64,000 nucleotides of DNA from Allosphingosinicella sp. (GTDB lineage Bacteria; Pseudomonadota; Alphaproteobacteria; Sphingomonadales; Sphingomonadaceae): assembly GCA_036378975.1 (NCBI GenBank), contig DASUVK010000045.1, positions 8,497 through 72,496 of the forward strand, written 5' to 3'. A program made the translations under genes and the position numbers. This document shows, piece by piece, positions 21,557 through 33,502 of this stretch (positions are counted from its first letter, which is position 1; every line of letters starts with the position of its first letter). The notes below the pieces were generated by a model. That model did not search any database. It was not told the DNA's origin and worked only from the letters and a program-made list of their open reading frames with translations.

Positions 21557-22386
21557 GAGCCCTTCCTCCGCTGCGCGAGGTGATCGCGCGGCACGGGCTG
21601 AGGGCCGCCAAGGCGCTCGGCCAGAATTTCCTGCTCGACGAGCAATTGCTCGACCGTATCGCGCGCGTGCCGGGCGATCTCGACGGACGACGCGTCTACG
21701 AAGTAGGGCCCGGCCCGGGCGGGCTCACGCGGGCGCTCCTGCGCTCCGGCGCCGAGGTCGTCGCCGTCGAGCGCGACCGGCGCTGCCTTCCCGCGCTCGC
21801 CGAAATGGCCGAGGCGGTGGACGGGCGGCTGCGGGTGATCGAAGGCGACGCGCTCGCCATCGACGAGGCGGCGGAAGCGGGGCGCGGCGCCCATGTCGCC
21901 GCCAACCTGCCCTACAATGTCGGCACCGCCCTGCTGGTACGCTGGCTGGGCGGCGAGGCCTGGCCGCCCTGGTGGGCGTCGCTGACGCTGATGTTCCAGC
22001 TCGAGGTCGCGGAGCGGATCGTCGCCCGCCCCGGCACCGGCGCCTATGGCCGGCTGGCGGTGCTCGCCCAGTGGCGCAGCGAGGCGCGGATCGCGATGAA
22101 GGTCCACCGCTCCGCCTTCGTGCCGCCGCCCAAGGTGATGTCGGCGGTGGTCCATATCGTCCCGAAGCCGGCGCCCGACGGCGTGCGCGCGGCGACGCTG
22201 GAGCGGCTTACCGCCGCCGCTTTCGGACAACGCCGCAAGATGCTTCGCCAGAGCCTCAAGGGGCTGCCGGGCGCGCTGGAAGCGCTGGCCGGCCTCGGCC
22301 TCGACGCCGAACGCCGGGCGGAGACGCTTTCCGTCGAGGAGTTCGTGGCGGTAGCGCGGGCGATGGACCTCTCTCGCCCCCTTTAG
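21553..22386 (+). CDS. rsmA: 16S rRNA (adenine1518/1519-N6)-dimethyltransferase
   Basis: The GTG at 21553 overlaps the pdxA stop (GTGA). Motifs [16 protein letters not shown] and NLPYNV are present. It is the 3' part of a longer spurious ORF listed from 20239. Confidence 0.95.
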   Translation: MRALPPLREVIARHGLRAAKALGQNFLLDEQLLDRIARVPGDLDGRRVYEVGPGPGGLTRALLRSGAEVVAVERDRRCLPALAEMAEAVDGRLRVIEGDALAIDEAAEAGRGAHVAANLPYNVGTALLVRWLGGEAWPPWWASLTLMFQLEVAERIVARPGTGAYGRLAVLAQWRSEARIAMKVHRSAFVPPPKVMSAVVHIVPKPAPDGVRAATLERLTAAAFGQRRKMLRQSLKGLPGALEALAGLGLDAERRAETLSVEEFVAVARAMDLSRPL

Positions 22387-22398
22387 GAAGAGCTGGAG

Positions 22399-22914
22399 TT
22401 AATTGCGCGGCGCGCCCACCTCGGGCCGTTGCGCGGTGAGCACTTCGGGCGGCGGGCCCTTGGCGATCGCCGCGGCGAGCTGCGTCGCCTGCGGACAGGG
22501 CGCCGTGCACAGCTTCTTGATCCGCTCGAGATTTTGCTTGGCGCGCTCGACCGCGCCGCGCTGGACCAGCGCCTCGCCCTGGCCGGCGAGGGCGGCGACG
22601 TCGTTCGGCTCCAGCTTGAGCGCCTCGAAATAGAATTTGATCGCCTTGCCGGGCAGCTTGAGCCCCTGGGCAGTGCGGGCGAGGCCGATATAGGCCTCGC
22701 GGTTGCGCGGATCGACCGCGAGGGCGGATTCGAGCAGGTCGATCGCCTCCTGGTAGCGCGCCTGGCCCGCCAGCGCCTGGGCCTGGCGGGTGAGCGCGAC
22801 CGAGCGCGCGTCGATCTGGTCGTCGGGCTTCTGGCCCTGGCCGGCGCTCGCCACGGTCGCCAGCGCGATGGCGATTGTGAGCGCGATAGGGGTAAGGCGC
22901 ATCAAGGTCTCCAT
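22399..22914 (-). CDS. tetratricopeptide-repeat protein, secreted
   Basis: Starting at [24 protein letters not shown] gives a signal peptide. TPR-like repeats follow ([33 protein letters not shown]). Confidence 0.7.
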   Translation of the reverse strand: METLMRLTPIALTIAIALATVASAGQGQKPDDQIDARSVALTRQAQALAGQARYQEAIDLLESALAVDPRNREAYIGLARTAQGLKLPGKAIKFYFEALKLEPNDVAALAGQGEALVQRGAVERAKQNLERIKKLCTAPCPQATQLAAAIAKGPPPEVLTAQRPEVGAPRN

Positions 22915-22933
22915 GATCCTGTCGAGCGATGGC

Positions 22934-24121
22934 TTAGCATGGCGCCCGCCACCGCGCGACGAAAAAGCCGTCCGTGCCGTCATGCGCGGGGGTCAGGATC
23001 CGCCCCGCGCCGGCGGCGCGCCCGCCCGCAATGGGGAGAGCTTCCGGAACCATGGCTGAACGGCCCGCGAAGGCGGCGGTCTGGTTCCTCCCCTCGTCCG
23101 CCAGCAGCGAGCAGACGGCGTAGACGATACGTCCGCCGGGCCGAATAAGTTCCGCTGCCAGGTCAAGCAGATAGACCTGCAACTTCACATAAGCGACGAG
23201 GCGTTGCGGAGAGAGCCGCCAGCGCAGCTCCGGATTGCGCCGCCAGGTGCCGGTGCCGGAGCAGGGCGCGTCGACGAGGATCAGATCGGGGGCGTCGACG
23301 AGATCGGCCAGCGCCTCGCGCTCGCGGCCCGGATTGAGCAATCGCGGCTCGACGATCGTCACCCCGGCGCGCCGCAGCCGAAGGTCGATCCGCGAGAGGC
23401 GGGCTCGGTCGGTATCCGAGGCGACGAGGCGGCCCGAATTGCGCATCTCCGCGGCGAGGGCGAGGGTCTTGCCGCCGGCACCGGCGCACAGGTCGAGCAC
23501 CGTCTCGCCCGGCGCGGCGGAGCAGGCGAGGGCGAGCAGCTGGCTGCCTTCGTCCTGGACCTCGACGAGGCCCGCCGCCCAGGCCTCGCTGTCTTCGACC
23601 GCGACGGCTTCGGGCAGGCGAAGGCCCCAGGGGGACAAGGGCGTCGGGACCGAGCCAGGAAAGGCGGGAAGCAGCGCTTTGCGGGTGGTGAGGAGGCGGT
23701 TCGCGCGGAGATCCAGCGGGGCGCGGGAGAGGAGCGACCGCAGATCGGCCGGAGAGACGACCGGATCGAACCGGCGCGACAGCCATTTCGGGACGGCAGC
23801 GGGCCGGGGCGGGCGTCCGGTCTCTTCGGGCGAGGCTTCGGCCGGACCGTGCGGCGAGCCGTCAAACGACGCGAGCAGAACCGGATCCTCGCCGGCGAGA
23901 GCGAGCATCGCCGCGCGCCCCGAAGGAGGCCGCTCGGCCCAGGCGCGGATGGCGCGGTAGACGAGCTCGCGCACCGCCCGCCGGTCGCCCGAGCCGGCAT
24001 AGCGGCGGGTCTTGAAATAGCGGGCGATCAGCGTGTCGGCGGCGGCGCCCTCTTCCCTCGCCGCCGCCGCGATCTCGTCGAGCAGCTCGATCGCCGCCTG
24101 CATCCGTGCGGCGGGAGTCAC
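22934..24121 (-). CDS. RsmB/NOP family class I SAM-dependent RNA methyltransferase
   Basis: 395 aa with [12 protein letters not shown], the catalytic-Cys motif VDAPCSGTG, and YAVCS. Confidence 0.85.
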   Translation of the reverse strand: MTPAARMQAAIELLDEIAAAAREEGAAADTLIARYFKTRRYAGSGDRRAVRELVYRAIRAWAERPPSGRAAMLALAGEDPVLLASFDGSPHGPAEASPEETGRPPRPAAVPKWLSRRFDPVVSPADLRSLLSRAPLDLRANRLLTTRKALLPAFPGSVPTPLSPWGLRLPEAVAVEDSEAWAAGLVEVQDEGSQLLALACSAAPGETVLDLCAGAGGKTLALAAEMRNSGRLVASDTDRARLSRIDLRLRRAGVTIVEPRLLNPGREREALADLVDAPDLILVDAPCSGTGTWRRNPELRWRLSPQRLVAYVKLQVYLLDLAAELIRPGGRIVYAVCSLLADEGRNQTAAFAGRSAMVPEALPIAGGRAAGAGRILTPAHDGTDGFFVARWRAPC

Positions 24122-24124
24122 GGC

Positions 24125-25666
<1,542 letters not shown>

Positions 25667-27085
25667 TCAGCGAGGCGTCCCGCTCGGGCGGCGGACCCGG
25701 CCGGGGCGAAGCGCGGTCCACGCAATCCAGGCCAGTCGGGCCGCGCGGCCCTTCAGGCTCTGCCAGCGATGCGGCAACACGGTGCTCAAATAGAGATCGA
25801 AGAAGAGCGCGCGGCCGAGGATTGGGACGTGGAGCATCATGGCAAGGATCAGCCGCCCGACCGAGACCGGCAGCCGCCAGGCGCCCGGCGCGGCGGCGCG
25901 CTGGCGCTCGTAAAGCGCGGCGAGGCCGGCGGCGGTGGTGCGCAGGGTGAAGCGCGACAGCATCCGCGCCCGGCCCGCCTCGCCCATCCGCCGCGCCTCA
26001 TCCGGCCGACGCAGCATATGGAGGATGCCGCGGGCGAGGTCGGCCGGATCGCCCGGCGCGACAAGCAGTCCGGTTTCGCCGTCGACGATGCTGTCGACCA
26101 GGCCGCCGACGCGGGTGGCGACGGTCGGCCGCGCCATCAGCAGCGATTCGATCGTGCCGCCGAGATTGTCGTTCAGCGAGGCCTGCACCGACACGTCGAG
26201 GTCGAGATAGAGCTCGGCGACGTCGGCGCGGTAGCCGACGAACACAACCCGGTCCGCCACCCCTTGCGCCGCCGCGAGCCGGCGCAGCTCGCTTTCGGTC
26301 TCGTCGCCGGTCGGGCCCCAGCCTTTGCCGATCAGCAGCAGCCGCGCCTCGGGAAATTCGCGCAGGACCGCGGGCATCGCCCCGATCAGCTCGGCATGGC
26401 CCTTGACGTGGCGGTCCCGGGCTTCCGGCGGCACGAAGCTGTTCGACGGCGCCTTGGGATAGAAGAGCGCCACCGAGCCGATCAGCGGCGCGTCGGCCGG
26501 CAGGCCGAGCTCGCCGCGTAGGTCCGCGCGGCGAGTGCGCGCGGGGTCGAAGCGGTGCTCGTCGGGCCCGTAATAGAGGGTCGGTTGGATCAGCCGCTCG
26601 GCGACGCCCGCATGGCGGTACAGTGCGCCGGTGAGGTCGCAGGAAGGGACGATCCCGGTCTCCATCCAGACGGTCGCCCGCTCCATCCATCGGGTTGAGG
26701 GGGCCTGCATGTAATAGGGGCCGGTGACCATCTCGATCCGCACCGGCACGTCGGCGAGCCAGGCGGCGGGACGGGCGAACAGGGTCGACTGGATGACATG
26801 GGACTGGACGACGTCGAAACGCTCGCGGCGCAGCCACCAGGCCAGCCGCAGGATCGAGAACGGCAGGGTGAAGAAGGCAGTCCAGCCGAGGAAGCGGAAG
26901 CGGAACGGTGCGACGCGGATGCCTGCGGCCCGGCACCCGTCGGCGGTCGGGCCCTCGTCGCCGCCAAGCAAGGCGGTGACGTCGCAGCCCTGCGTCTCGC
27001 GCAGCGCCTCGAGTTGGTCGCAGACCCACCGGCCGCCCTGCGTGCCGGCGAAGACGTGGCAGACCTTCAGCCTTCGCCCCTCCAT
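25667..27085 (-). CDS. glycosyltransferase (GT-B, GT4-like) with C-terminal hydrophobic extension
   Basis: 472 aa with the GT-B C-terminal signature (ATRVGGLVDSIVDGETGLLV). An extra ~80-aa tail contains a predicted TM helix (LILAMMLHVPILGRALFF). Confidence 0.85.
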   Translation of the reverse strand: MEGRRLKVCHVFAGTQGGRWVCDQLEALRETQGCDVTALLGGDEGPTADGCRAAGIRVAPFRFRFLGWTAFFTLPFSILRLAWWLRRERFDVVQSHVIQSTLFARPAAWLADVPVRIEMVTGPYYMQAPSTRWMERATVWMETGIVPSCDLTGALYRHAGVAERLIQPTLYYGPDEHRFDPARTRRADLRGELGLPADAPLIGSVALFYPKAPSNSFVPPEARDRHVKGHAELIGAMPAVLREFPEARLLLIGKGWGPTGDETESELRRLAAAQGVADRVVFVGYRADVAELYLDLDVSVQASLNDNLGGTIESLLMARPTVATRVGGLVDSIVDGETGLLVAPGDPADLARGILHMLRRPDEARRMGEAGRARMLSRFTLRTTAAGLAALYERQRAAAPGAWRLPVSVGRLILAMMLHVPILGRALFFDLYLSTVLPHRWQSLKGRAARLAWIAWTALRPGRVRRPSGTPR

Positions 27086-27162
27086 CTGCTCCTTCCCGCT
27101 GGATCGCCGGCGCGTCGCGCCCTAATGCTGGCCGGGAGGCGACGCGGCAAGGGGGTTCGGAC

Positions 27163-27975
27163 ATGGCGGGATCGGGCGCGCTCGCGGCGCTGCGCGGCGC
27201 CGGCCAGGATGTCGCCGCCGCGCTGGCGCGACCGTGGCTATGGGGAGCGCTTGGCTGGAACGATCTTCGCCAGCGCCACGCCGGCTCGTGGCTCGGACCG
27301 CTCTGGATCACCGCCAACCTCGCCCTGATCGTCGCCTGCCTGACCTTCGTCTTCGCCGGCCCGCTCGGCGGCGGCGACGCCCACAGCTACGCCGCCTATG
27401 TCGCTATTGGCCTGGTGCTGTGGCAACTCATCCAGGCCTCGCTCAACGAGGGCGCGCAGCTGTTCATCGCCGCCGCCGAGACGATCCGCAATGCACCGAT
27501 GCCGCTCACGGTCCACGCGCTGCGCCTGATCTGGCGCAACGCCCTCGTCCTGCTGCACGCGGCGGTGCTGATCCCGCCTTTGCTGCTTTTCTCCGGGGTG
27601 GCGCCGTCGGCCACGGCCTGGACCGCCCTGCCCGCCCTCCTCCTGCTGCTCGGCTTCCTGTTCGCCGCCAGCCTGCTGCTCGGCCTGCTCGGCGCGCGCT
27701 TTCGCGACGTCGCGCCGATCGTCGCCAACCTCACCCAATTGCTGTTTTTCGTGACGCCGATCTTCTGGCTGCCCGAGGCGCTCGGTCACGGCCGGGCCTG
27801 GCTGACCGCGCTCAACCCGTTTTTCGCCTTCGTCGACATCGTCCGCGCGCCTTTGCTTGGCGAGGCGCCGATGGCCGGGTCCTGGCCGATGGCACTCGCC
27901 GCGGCCGTGCTGGCAGGTCTCGCCGGCTTCGCGGCGCTGGCCGGGGCGCGGCGACGCCTTCCCTACTGGGTCTGA
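27163..27975 (+). CDS. ABC-2 type polysaccharide/polyol-phosphate export permease (Wzm/KpsM/TagG-like)
   Basis: 270 aa with about 6 TM segments and the N-terminal pattern WNDLRQRHAGSWLGPLW typical of ABC-2 exporters. It is divergent from the glycosyltransferase. Confidence 0.85.
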   Translation: MAGSGALAALRGAGQDVAAALARPWLWGALGWNDLRQRHAGSWLGPLWITANLALIVACLTFVFAGPLGGGDAHSYAAYVAIGLVLWQLIQASLNEGAQLFIAAAETIRNAPMPLTVHALRLIWRNALVLLHAAVLIPPLLLFSGVAPSATAWTALPALLLLLGFLFAASLLLGLLGARFRDVAPIVANLTQLLFFVTPIFWLPEALGHGRAWLTALNPFFAFVDIVRAPLLGEAPMAGSWPMALAAAVLAGLAGFAALAGARRRLPYWV

Positions 27976-27979
27976 GCCG

Positions 27980-28723
27980 ATGGCGCGGATCAGCCTTGCC
28001 GGCGTGTGCGTCGAATTCCCCGTCTACCATGCCAGCGCGCGCTCGCTGGGCGGCTTCGCCGTCGAGACCGCGCTCGGGCGCCGGCTGCGCAAGGACGGCC
28101 GCCGGGCCCGGGTCGCGGCGCTTGGCGACGTCGATCTCGAACTCGCCGACGGCGACCGGCTGGCGCTGATCGGCGCCAATGGCGCCGGCAAGACGACGCT
28201 GCTGCGGACCATCGCCGGCATCTACGCGCCGATACGGGGCCGGGTCGAGCGGTCGGGGCGGCTGACTTCGGTGATCACCCCCGGCATCGGCCTCAATCCC
28301 GACCGCAGCGGCCTCGCCAACATCCCGCTCCTCGCCATGCACCTGGGCATCCCCCCGGCCGAGATCCGCCCGCACGTCGATGAGATCGTCGCCTGGACCG
28401 AGCTCGGCGCCTTCATCGATGCGCCGGTGCGCACCTATTCGGCCGGCATGATCACCCGCCTCACCTTCGCGGTGTCGACCGCAGTCGCGCCCGAAATCCT
28501 GCTGCTCGACGAATGGCTGGGGATCGGCGACGCCGGCTTCCAGCTGAAAGCCTATCAGCGCATGGCGTCGTTCGTCGGCGTATCCAGCATCCTCGTCCTC
28601 GCTTCCCATTCGGGCGAGCTGCTGCGCGGCTGGTGCGACCGGGCGGTGAGGCTCGAGGGCGGCCGCATCGCCGCGCGCGGGCCGGTCGCGGAGCTGCTGC
28701 CGCCGGCCTTCGCTTCGGCCTGA
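27980..28723 (+). CDS. ABC transporter ATP-binding protein (Wzt/KpsT/TagH-like, short form)
   Basis: Walker A (GANGAGKTT), signature (YSAGM) and Walker B (LLLDE) are present. The ATG at 27980 lies 4 nt after the permease stop. Confidence 0.9.
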   Translation: MARISLAGVCVEFPVYHASARSLGGFAVETALGRRLRKDGRRARVAALGDVDLELADGDRLALIGANGAGKTTLLRTIAGIYAPIRGRVERSGRLTSVITPGIGLNPDRSGLANIPLLAMHLGIPPAEIRPHVDEIVAWTELGAFIDAPVRTYSAGMITRLTFAVSTAVAPEILLLDEWLGIGDAGFQLKAYQRMASFVGVSSILVLASHSGELLRGWCDRAVRLEGGRIAARGPVAELLPPAFASA

Positions 28724-28754
28724 CGCGATTGCGGCCGCCCTACGGGCGGACCGC

Positions 28755-30635
28755 TCAGGCCGCCTTGGCCTTCTCCAGCGCTTCCGAGGCTTCGAGCCAG
28801 CTTCGCTCCGCCTCGTCCAGCGCGGCGTCGGTCGCGGCGAGGCGCTTCATCAGCTCGCTGATCGTACACTCGCGGTCCTCGGGAACGGCGGCGGCGGGGT
28901 CGAACATCGCCCGCTCGAGCTCGGTCTTGCGGGCTTCCAACCGGGTGATCTCCGCCTCGGCGGCTTGCGCCCTCTTACGCAGCGATTGGCCCTTCGCCCG
29001 CGTCTCGGCCCCGGTGCGCCGCTCCTCCCTGCGGTTGCGCTTCGCCGCGGACTTGTCGCTGCCGCCCTCCCCATTCCGGCCGAGGATGAAGTCGGTATAC
29101 TCGTCGAGGCTGCCGGCATAGTCGCGGGCGGTGCCGCCGTCGACCAACACCAGCCGGTCGGCGGTGAGCTCGATCATGTGGCGGTCGTGGCTGACCAGGA
29201 CGACGGCGCCGCGATAATCGTTGAGCGCCTGGACCAAAGCCTCGCGGGCGTCGACGTCAAGATGATTGGTGGGCTCGTCGAGGATCAGCAGATGCGGCGC
29301 GTCGCGGGTGATCAAAGCCAGCGCCAGCCGGGCGCGTTCGCCGCCCGACATGTTGGCGACCGGCATCACCGCCTTGACGCCGGAGAAACCGAAGCGACCG
29401 AGCTGGGCGCGGACTGCCGCCGGCGTCGCCTTGGGCATGAGCCGGCTCATATGCTGGAGCGGCGTCTCGTCGCCGTGCAGCTCCTCGACCTGATATTGGG
29501 TGAAATAGCCGACCTTGAGCCTGGCCGAGGCGTTGATCGATCCCTCCATCGCCGGCAGCTGGGCGGCGAGCAGGCGGGCGAGCGTGGTCTTGCCGTTGCC
29601 GTTGCGGCCGAGCAAAGCGACGCGATCGTCGGGATCGAGCCTGAGGTCGAGGCGCGAGAGCACCGGCTCGCCGGGCGCATAGCCGACCGCGGCCATGTCG
29701 AGGGTGACGAGAGGCGGCTTCATCTCGGCCGGGCTGGGAAAGTCGAAGCTGAGGCTCGGATCCTCGGCGACCGCGGCGATCGGCGCCATCCGCGCCAGCG
29801 CCTTGACCCGCGACTGGGCCTGCTTGGCGGTGCTCGCCCGGGCGCTGTTGCGGGCGATATAATCCTGCAGCCGGGCCCGCTGCGCCGCCTGGTTGGCGCG
29901 GGCCGATTCGAGCTGGGCCAGGCGCTCGGCCCGCTGCGTCTCGAACGCGTCGTAGCCGCCGGGATAGAGGGTGAGCTTGCCCTGCTCGAGGTGGAGGATG
30001 TGATCGGCGACATTGTTGAGCAGATCGCGTTCGTGGCTGACGACCAGCATCGTCGCCCGATAGTTCTTCAGGAAATTCTCGAGCCACAGGGTCGCTTCCA
30101 GGTCGAGATGGTTGGAAGGCTCGTCGAGCAGCAGCAGATCTGGCTCCGAGAAGAGCAGAGCGGCGAGCGCGACCCGCATCCGCCAGCCGCCCGAGAAGCT
30201 GTCGAGCGGCTGGCGCTGCATCGCCTCGTCGAAACCCAGGCCGACGAGGATGCGCGCGGCTTTGGCCGGCGCGGCGTGGGCGGCGATCGCGTTCAGCCGG
30301 TCGTGAATGTCGCCGAGGCGATGGGCGTCGTGATTGGTCTCGGCCTCGTGGAGCAGGCTCGCCCGCTCCTGATCGGCGTCGAGCACGGTCTCGAAGGGCG
30401 TGGCGGCGCCGGCGGGGGTCTCCTGGGCGATATAGCCGATCCTCGCCGCGCGCGGCATCTCGACGCCGCCGCCGTCGGGCTCGAGCAGGCCGGCGACGAT
30501 GCGCATCAGGGTCGACTTGCCGGCGCCGTTGCGGCCGATCAGGCCGATCCGGCCGCCAGGGGGCAGCGTCGCGGCGGCGGCGTCGAGGATGGTTCGCCCG
30601 CCGAGCCGGACGGTTATCGCATTGAGATTGAGCAT
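28755..30635 (-). CDS. ABC-F family ATPase (Uup/YheS-like)
   Basis: It has two ABC cassettes (GRNGAGKST and GRNGNGKTT), no TM domain, and a C-terminal coiled-coil. The start is taken at MLNLNAITVRL; the ORF is open to 30716. Confidence 0.92.
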   Translation of the reverse strand: MLNLNAITVRLGGRTILDAAAATLPPGGRIGLIGRNGAGKSTLMRIVAGLLEPDGGGVEMPRAARIGYIAQETPAGAATPFETVLDADQERASLLHEAETNHDAHRLGDIHDRLNAIAAHAAPAKAARILVGLGFDEAMQRQPLDSFSGGWRMRVALAALLFSEPDLLLLDEPSNHLDLEATLWLENFLKNYRATMLVVSHERDLLNNVADHILHLEQGKLTLYPGGYDAFETQRAERLAQLESARANQAAQRARLQDYIARNSARASTAKQAQSRVKALARMAPIAAVAEDPSLSFDFPSPAEMKPPLVTLDMAAVGYAPGEPVLSRLDLRLDPDDRVALLGRNGNGKTTLARLLAAQLPAMEGSINASARLKVGYFTQYQVEELHGDETPLQHMSRLMPKATPAAVRAQLGRFGFSGVKAVMPVANMSGGERARLALALITRDAPHLLILDEPTNHLDVDAREALVQALNDYRGAVVLVSHDRHMIELTADRLVLVDGGTARDYAGSLDEYTDFILGRNGEGGSDKSAAKRNRREERRTGAETRAKGQSLRKRAQAAEAEITRLEARKTELERAMFDPAAAVPEDRECTISELMKRLAATDAALDEAERSWLEASEALEKAKAA

Positions 30636-30666
30636 GTGGCGCCCGTAGCAGCCGCGGGCGTAACTG

Positions 30667-31536
30667 TCAGTCCCCTTCCCCGACGGTCTCGCGCGCGAAA
30701 GCGGTGAGGTCCGCAAGCACCGGCGCCTGGCGGCGAAACGGGATGGCGAGCGCGGTGAGGATGCCGATATGGCCGAGGCGCGGATAGAGCTTCAGGCGAA
30801 CGTCGGCGCCGGCGGCGCTGAGGCGAGCGGCGAGCGCGCGGCTGTTGCGCGGCTTCACCCGGCTGTCGGCGCCGCCGTGGAGGAGCAGGACGGGCGGTGC
30901 GCCTCGCGCGGCATGGGCGACCGGCTGGGTCTCGGAGGGACGCGGCCATTGGCCGAAGGCGGCGATCGTCGCCGCATCGTCGAGCGGCAGGAAGTCGTAG
31001 GGCCCGGCGAGACCGGCCAGGCCGCGGACAACTTTCCTGTCCGGCCCGAGCAGGCCCGGATCGAGCGCCAGCATGGCGGCGTTGTAGGCGCCGGCGCTGT
31101 GGCCGACCAGCACGATTCGCTCGCCGTCGCCGCCATAGTCGACCGCATGGCGCCGCGCCCAGCGCAGGGCGGCGGCGCCGTCCCGCAGGAAATCGGGGTA
31201 ACGTATTTCCGGCACCAGCCGGTAATCGGGGACGATGACGACGAAGCCCTGCGCGGCGAGCGCGCGGGCGGCGAAACCATAATTCTGGCGGCGGCCGCTT
31301 TGCCACGAACCGCCATAAAGGAAGAGGAGCACCGGCCGCGGGCGCGTCGCGATGGCGCGCGGCGCGTAGAGGTCGAGCCTGTGCCGCTCGTCCGGGCCGT
31401 AAGGCAGGTTCTGCGCCACGAGCGCGGACGCCCGGTCCTTGGGCATGAGCGCGTTGAAGCTGCCGAGCGGATCGAGCATCACGGCCATCGCTCCCACCAT
31501 AAACGCGGCCGCAAGGCCCAGCAAAAGCCGCTTCAT
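30667..31536 (-). CDS. alpha/beta hydrolase (esterase/lipase family), secreted
   Basis: 289 aa with a signal peptide, an oxyanion-hole-like YGGSW and the nucleophile elbow GHSAGA. Confidence 0.85.
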   Translation of the reverse strand: MKRLLLGLAAAFMVGAMAVMLDPLGSFNALMPKDRASALVAQNLPYGPDERHRLDLYAPRAIATRPRPVLLFLYGGSWQSGRRQNYGFAARALAAQGFVVIVPDYRLVPEIRYPDFLRDGAAALRWARRHAVDYGGDGERIVLVGHSAGAYNAAMLALDPGLLGPDRKVVRGLAGLAGPYDFLPLDDAATIAAFGQWPRPSETQPVAHAARGAPPVLLLHGGADSRVKPRNSRALAARLSAAGADVRLKLYPRLGHIGILTALAIPFRRQAPVLADLTAFARETVGEGD

Positions 31537-31564
31537 CCTGGCGTGGGCCGCTTTGCGACGCGGT

Positions 31565-31825
31565 TCACGCTTCCCCCGCCCGATCGGCCAGATCCATGAA
31601 ATTGCGCGCCGCCTCGCGGTCGCGCTCGTCCTTGAAGGCGATGTCGAGGTCGGGTGCGGCGCCGAGCATGTGAAGCAAGGCCCAGAGAGCGAAACGGTTG
31701 CCGCGGTCCTGCTCGAGACCGAGATCGACCCTCATCCGCTCGATTCCGGCGTCGAGCGCGGCCGGGGGGATGGCGGCGAGGTCGCCGGTGCCGAAATAGC
31801 GGCGAAGCTGGTCGTCGAAGTTCAT
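31565..31825 (-). CDS. hypothetical protein
   Basis: 86 aa ORF, co-directional and tightly spaced between the AraC and hydrolase genes. No family recognised. Confidence 0.5.
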   Translation of the reverse strand: MNFDDQLRRYFGTGDLAAIPPAALDAGIERMRVDLGLEQDRGNRFALWALLHMLGAAPDLDIAFKDERDREAARNFMDLADRAGEA

Positions 31826-31856
31826 AGCGCGTGCTTACCCTTTGTTGGGTGCCAGG

Positions 31857-32867
31857 TCAGGCCTTGCGCCGCGCCTGGCGAGGACTTTGCCCGGTCCAGC
31901 GCTTGAAGGCGCGGGAGAAGGAAGCGGGGTCGGAGAAGCCGACCAGATAGGCGGTCTCGTTCACCGACACCTTGCCGCCGCCGAGATAGTCGAGCGCCAG
32001 CCGATGGCGCAGGGCATCGAGCAGCTTCTCGAACGTGACGCCTTCGACCTTCAGCCGGCGGTACAAGGTGTCGCGGCTGCAGCCGGCCTGGGCGGCGATC
32101 GCCTCCATGCTCACCTCGCCCTTGTGCAGGACGGGCAGGATCAGGCGCTCGACGCGGCCGCGCATCGTCGTCGCCTCGTCGAGCCTGGCAAGCAGGGCGT
32201 CGGCGTGGCGGCTGAGGATGCCGAAGGCGTAGCGCGGCTCGAGCGCGATGCGACGGGTCGTCCAGGCAGGGTCGATCCGCATCGCGTTGCGGCCGGCGGC
32301 GAAAGTCACCGGCGCGCCGAGGATCCGTTCATATTCGGCGCGGTAGCCCGGATCGGCGTGGCTGACCTCGACCGCCTGCACGAACGGCGTGTCGCCGAAC
32401 CGGCGGGTGCCGGTCACCATCTGGGCGAAGGCGATCTCGGTGAGCTCGGGGTAGAGGTCCGGATCGGGGCGGCCGTCGACAATCCACATCCCCGTTTCGT
32501 CATGGACGAGGCGGAAGCGTTCGTCCGGGCCCAGATCGAGGTCGACGATCAGGCGCGAATAGCGGGCGAGCTGGACGAAGGCGTCGGCCATCGTTTCCGA
32601 CGCATGGCCGATCAGCCCGACCACTGAGACCTCGGCGAGGTCGACCGCCTCGCCGTAATGGAGGGCGAAAGCGGGATCGCCGCACAGCAGCTTCGCCGCC
32701 CGCAGCAGCGCGATATGGGCGGCGAGCGGGATGCGGGCGTCGTGATCCTCGAGGTCGGCCATGGCGAGGCCCGACCGTTCGAGCAGCGCCTCGCCGCCGG
32801 CGGCGCGCGCGGTCGCCAGCTCCAGCATCCTGCGCGTGACACCCGCGGCCACCGTCGGTCCGGCCAT
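31857..32867 (-). CDS. AraC family transcriptional regulator
   Basis: 336 aa. The C-terminal double HTH (SVNETAYLVGFSDPASFSRAFKRWTG) is typical of AraC/XylS. Confidence 0.9.
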   Translation of the reverse strand: MAGPTVAAGVTRRMLELATARAAGGEALLERSGLAMADLEDHDARIPLAAHIALLRAAKLLCGDPAFALHYGEAVDLAEVSVVGLIGHASETMADAFVQLARYSRLIVDLDLGPDERFRLVHDETGMWIVDGRPDPDLYPELTEIAFAQMVTGTRRFGDTPFVQAVEVSHADPGYRAEYERILGAPVTFAAGRNAMRIDPAWTTRRIALEPRYAFGILSRHADALLARLDEATTMRGRVERLILPVLHKGEVSMEAIAAQAGCSRDTLYRRLKVEGVTFEKLLDALRHRLALDYLGGGKVSVNETAYLVGFSDPASFSRAFKRWTGQSPRQARRKA

Positions 32868-32972
32868 GGCTGCACCCTGCGATCATGCTTCTCATGCGTA
32901 AAGTCATGTTCGCTACTGTGTTAGTCGTCTAATACTCCCGAGCATCGATCCCTTACGCGAGGAAAGACTGCG

Positions 32973-33395
32973 ATGACCGACGTATCGCTTCTGCGGCTCT
33001 ATCTGCTTCGCGCCGCCTATCTGATGATCGCTTTGTTCCTCATCTCGGGCATCTGGCCGAGCCTGATTTGGCCCACGGCCCAGTGGCCGCACATGAGCGG
33101 CGTCGCCCGCGCCCTCCTGGCGGCGCTCGGCTTCGTCGCGCTTCTCGGGTTGAGATACCCGCTGCAGATGCTGCCTTTGCTGCTGTTCGAGACCGTCTGG
33201 AAGGCGATCTGGCTGCTCGCGATCGGTCTCCCGCTGTGGCGCGCCGGCCGGCTCGATCCGGCCAACGCGCAGACGTTCCAGGACTGCGCATTCGGAGTCG
33301 TGCTGATGGCGATCGTCCTTCCCTGGCCCTATCTGTGGGCGAATTACGTGAAACGGCCCGGCGACCGCTGGACGCGACGACAACCGGCGGCATGA
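32973..33395 (+). CDS. hypothetical integral membrane protein (about 4 TM)
   Basis: 140 aa, strongly hydrophobic, divergent from the AraC gene. It is the first cistron of a chain of overlapping ORFs. Confidence 0.65.
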   Translation: MTDVSLLRLYLLRAAYLMIALFLISGIWPSLIWPTAQWPHMSGVARALLAALGFVALLGLRYPLQMLPLLLFETVWKAIWLLAIGLPLWRAGRLDPANAQTFQDCAFGVVLMAIVLPWPYLWANYVKRPGDRWTRRQPAA

Positions 33396-33502
33396 ACATG
33401 CTCCAGCCGCCTCCGGGCAGCCCGTGGTGGCTCCACGTAGGCGCCGGACTCATCGGCCTGTTCATCGCGCCGGCTCCCTCTTTTTCGGGCAGCAACAAGT
33501 GA
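33392..33502 (+). CDS. candidate small membrane protein (36 aa)
   Basis: Its ATG overlaps the upstream stop (ATGA). It has one hydrophobic helix (WWLHVGAGLIGLFIAPAP). Third-position G+C is 30 of 36 codons by hand count. Confidence 0.4.
   Translation: MNMLQPPPGSPWWLHVGAGLIGLFIAPAPSFSGSNK

Noticed and set aside
20239-22386. A 715-aa plus-strand ORF spanning the end of surA, pdxA and rsmA.
   Set aside because: Only the last 277 codons (from the GTG at 21553) match RsmA. The upstream part is out of frame with surA and pdxA, and its translation is low-complexity.
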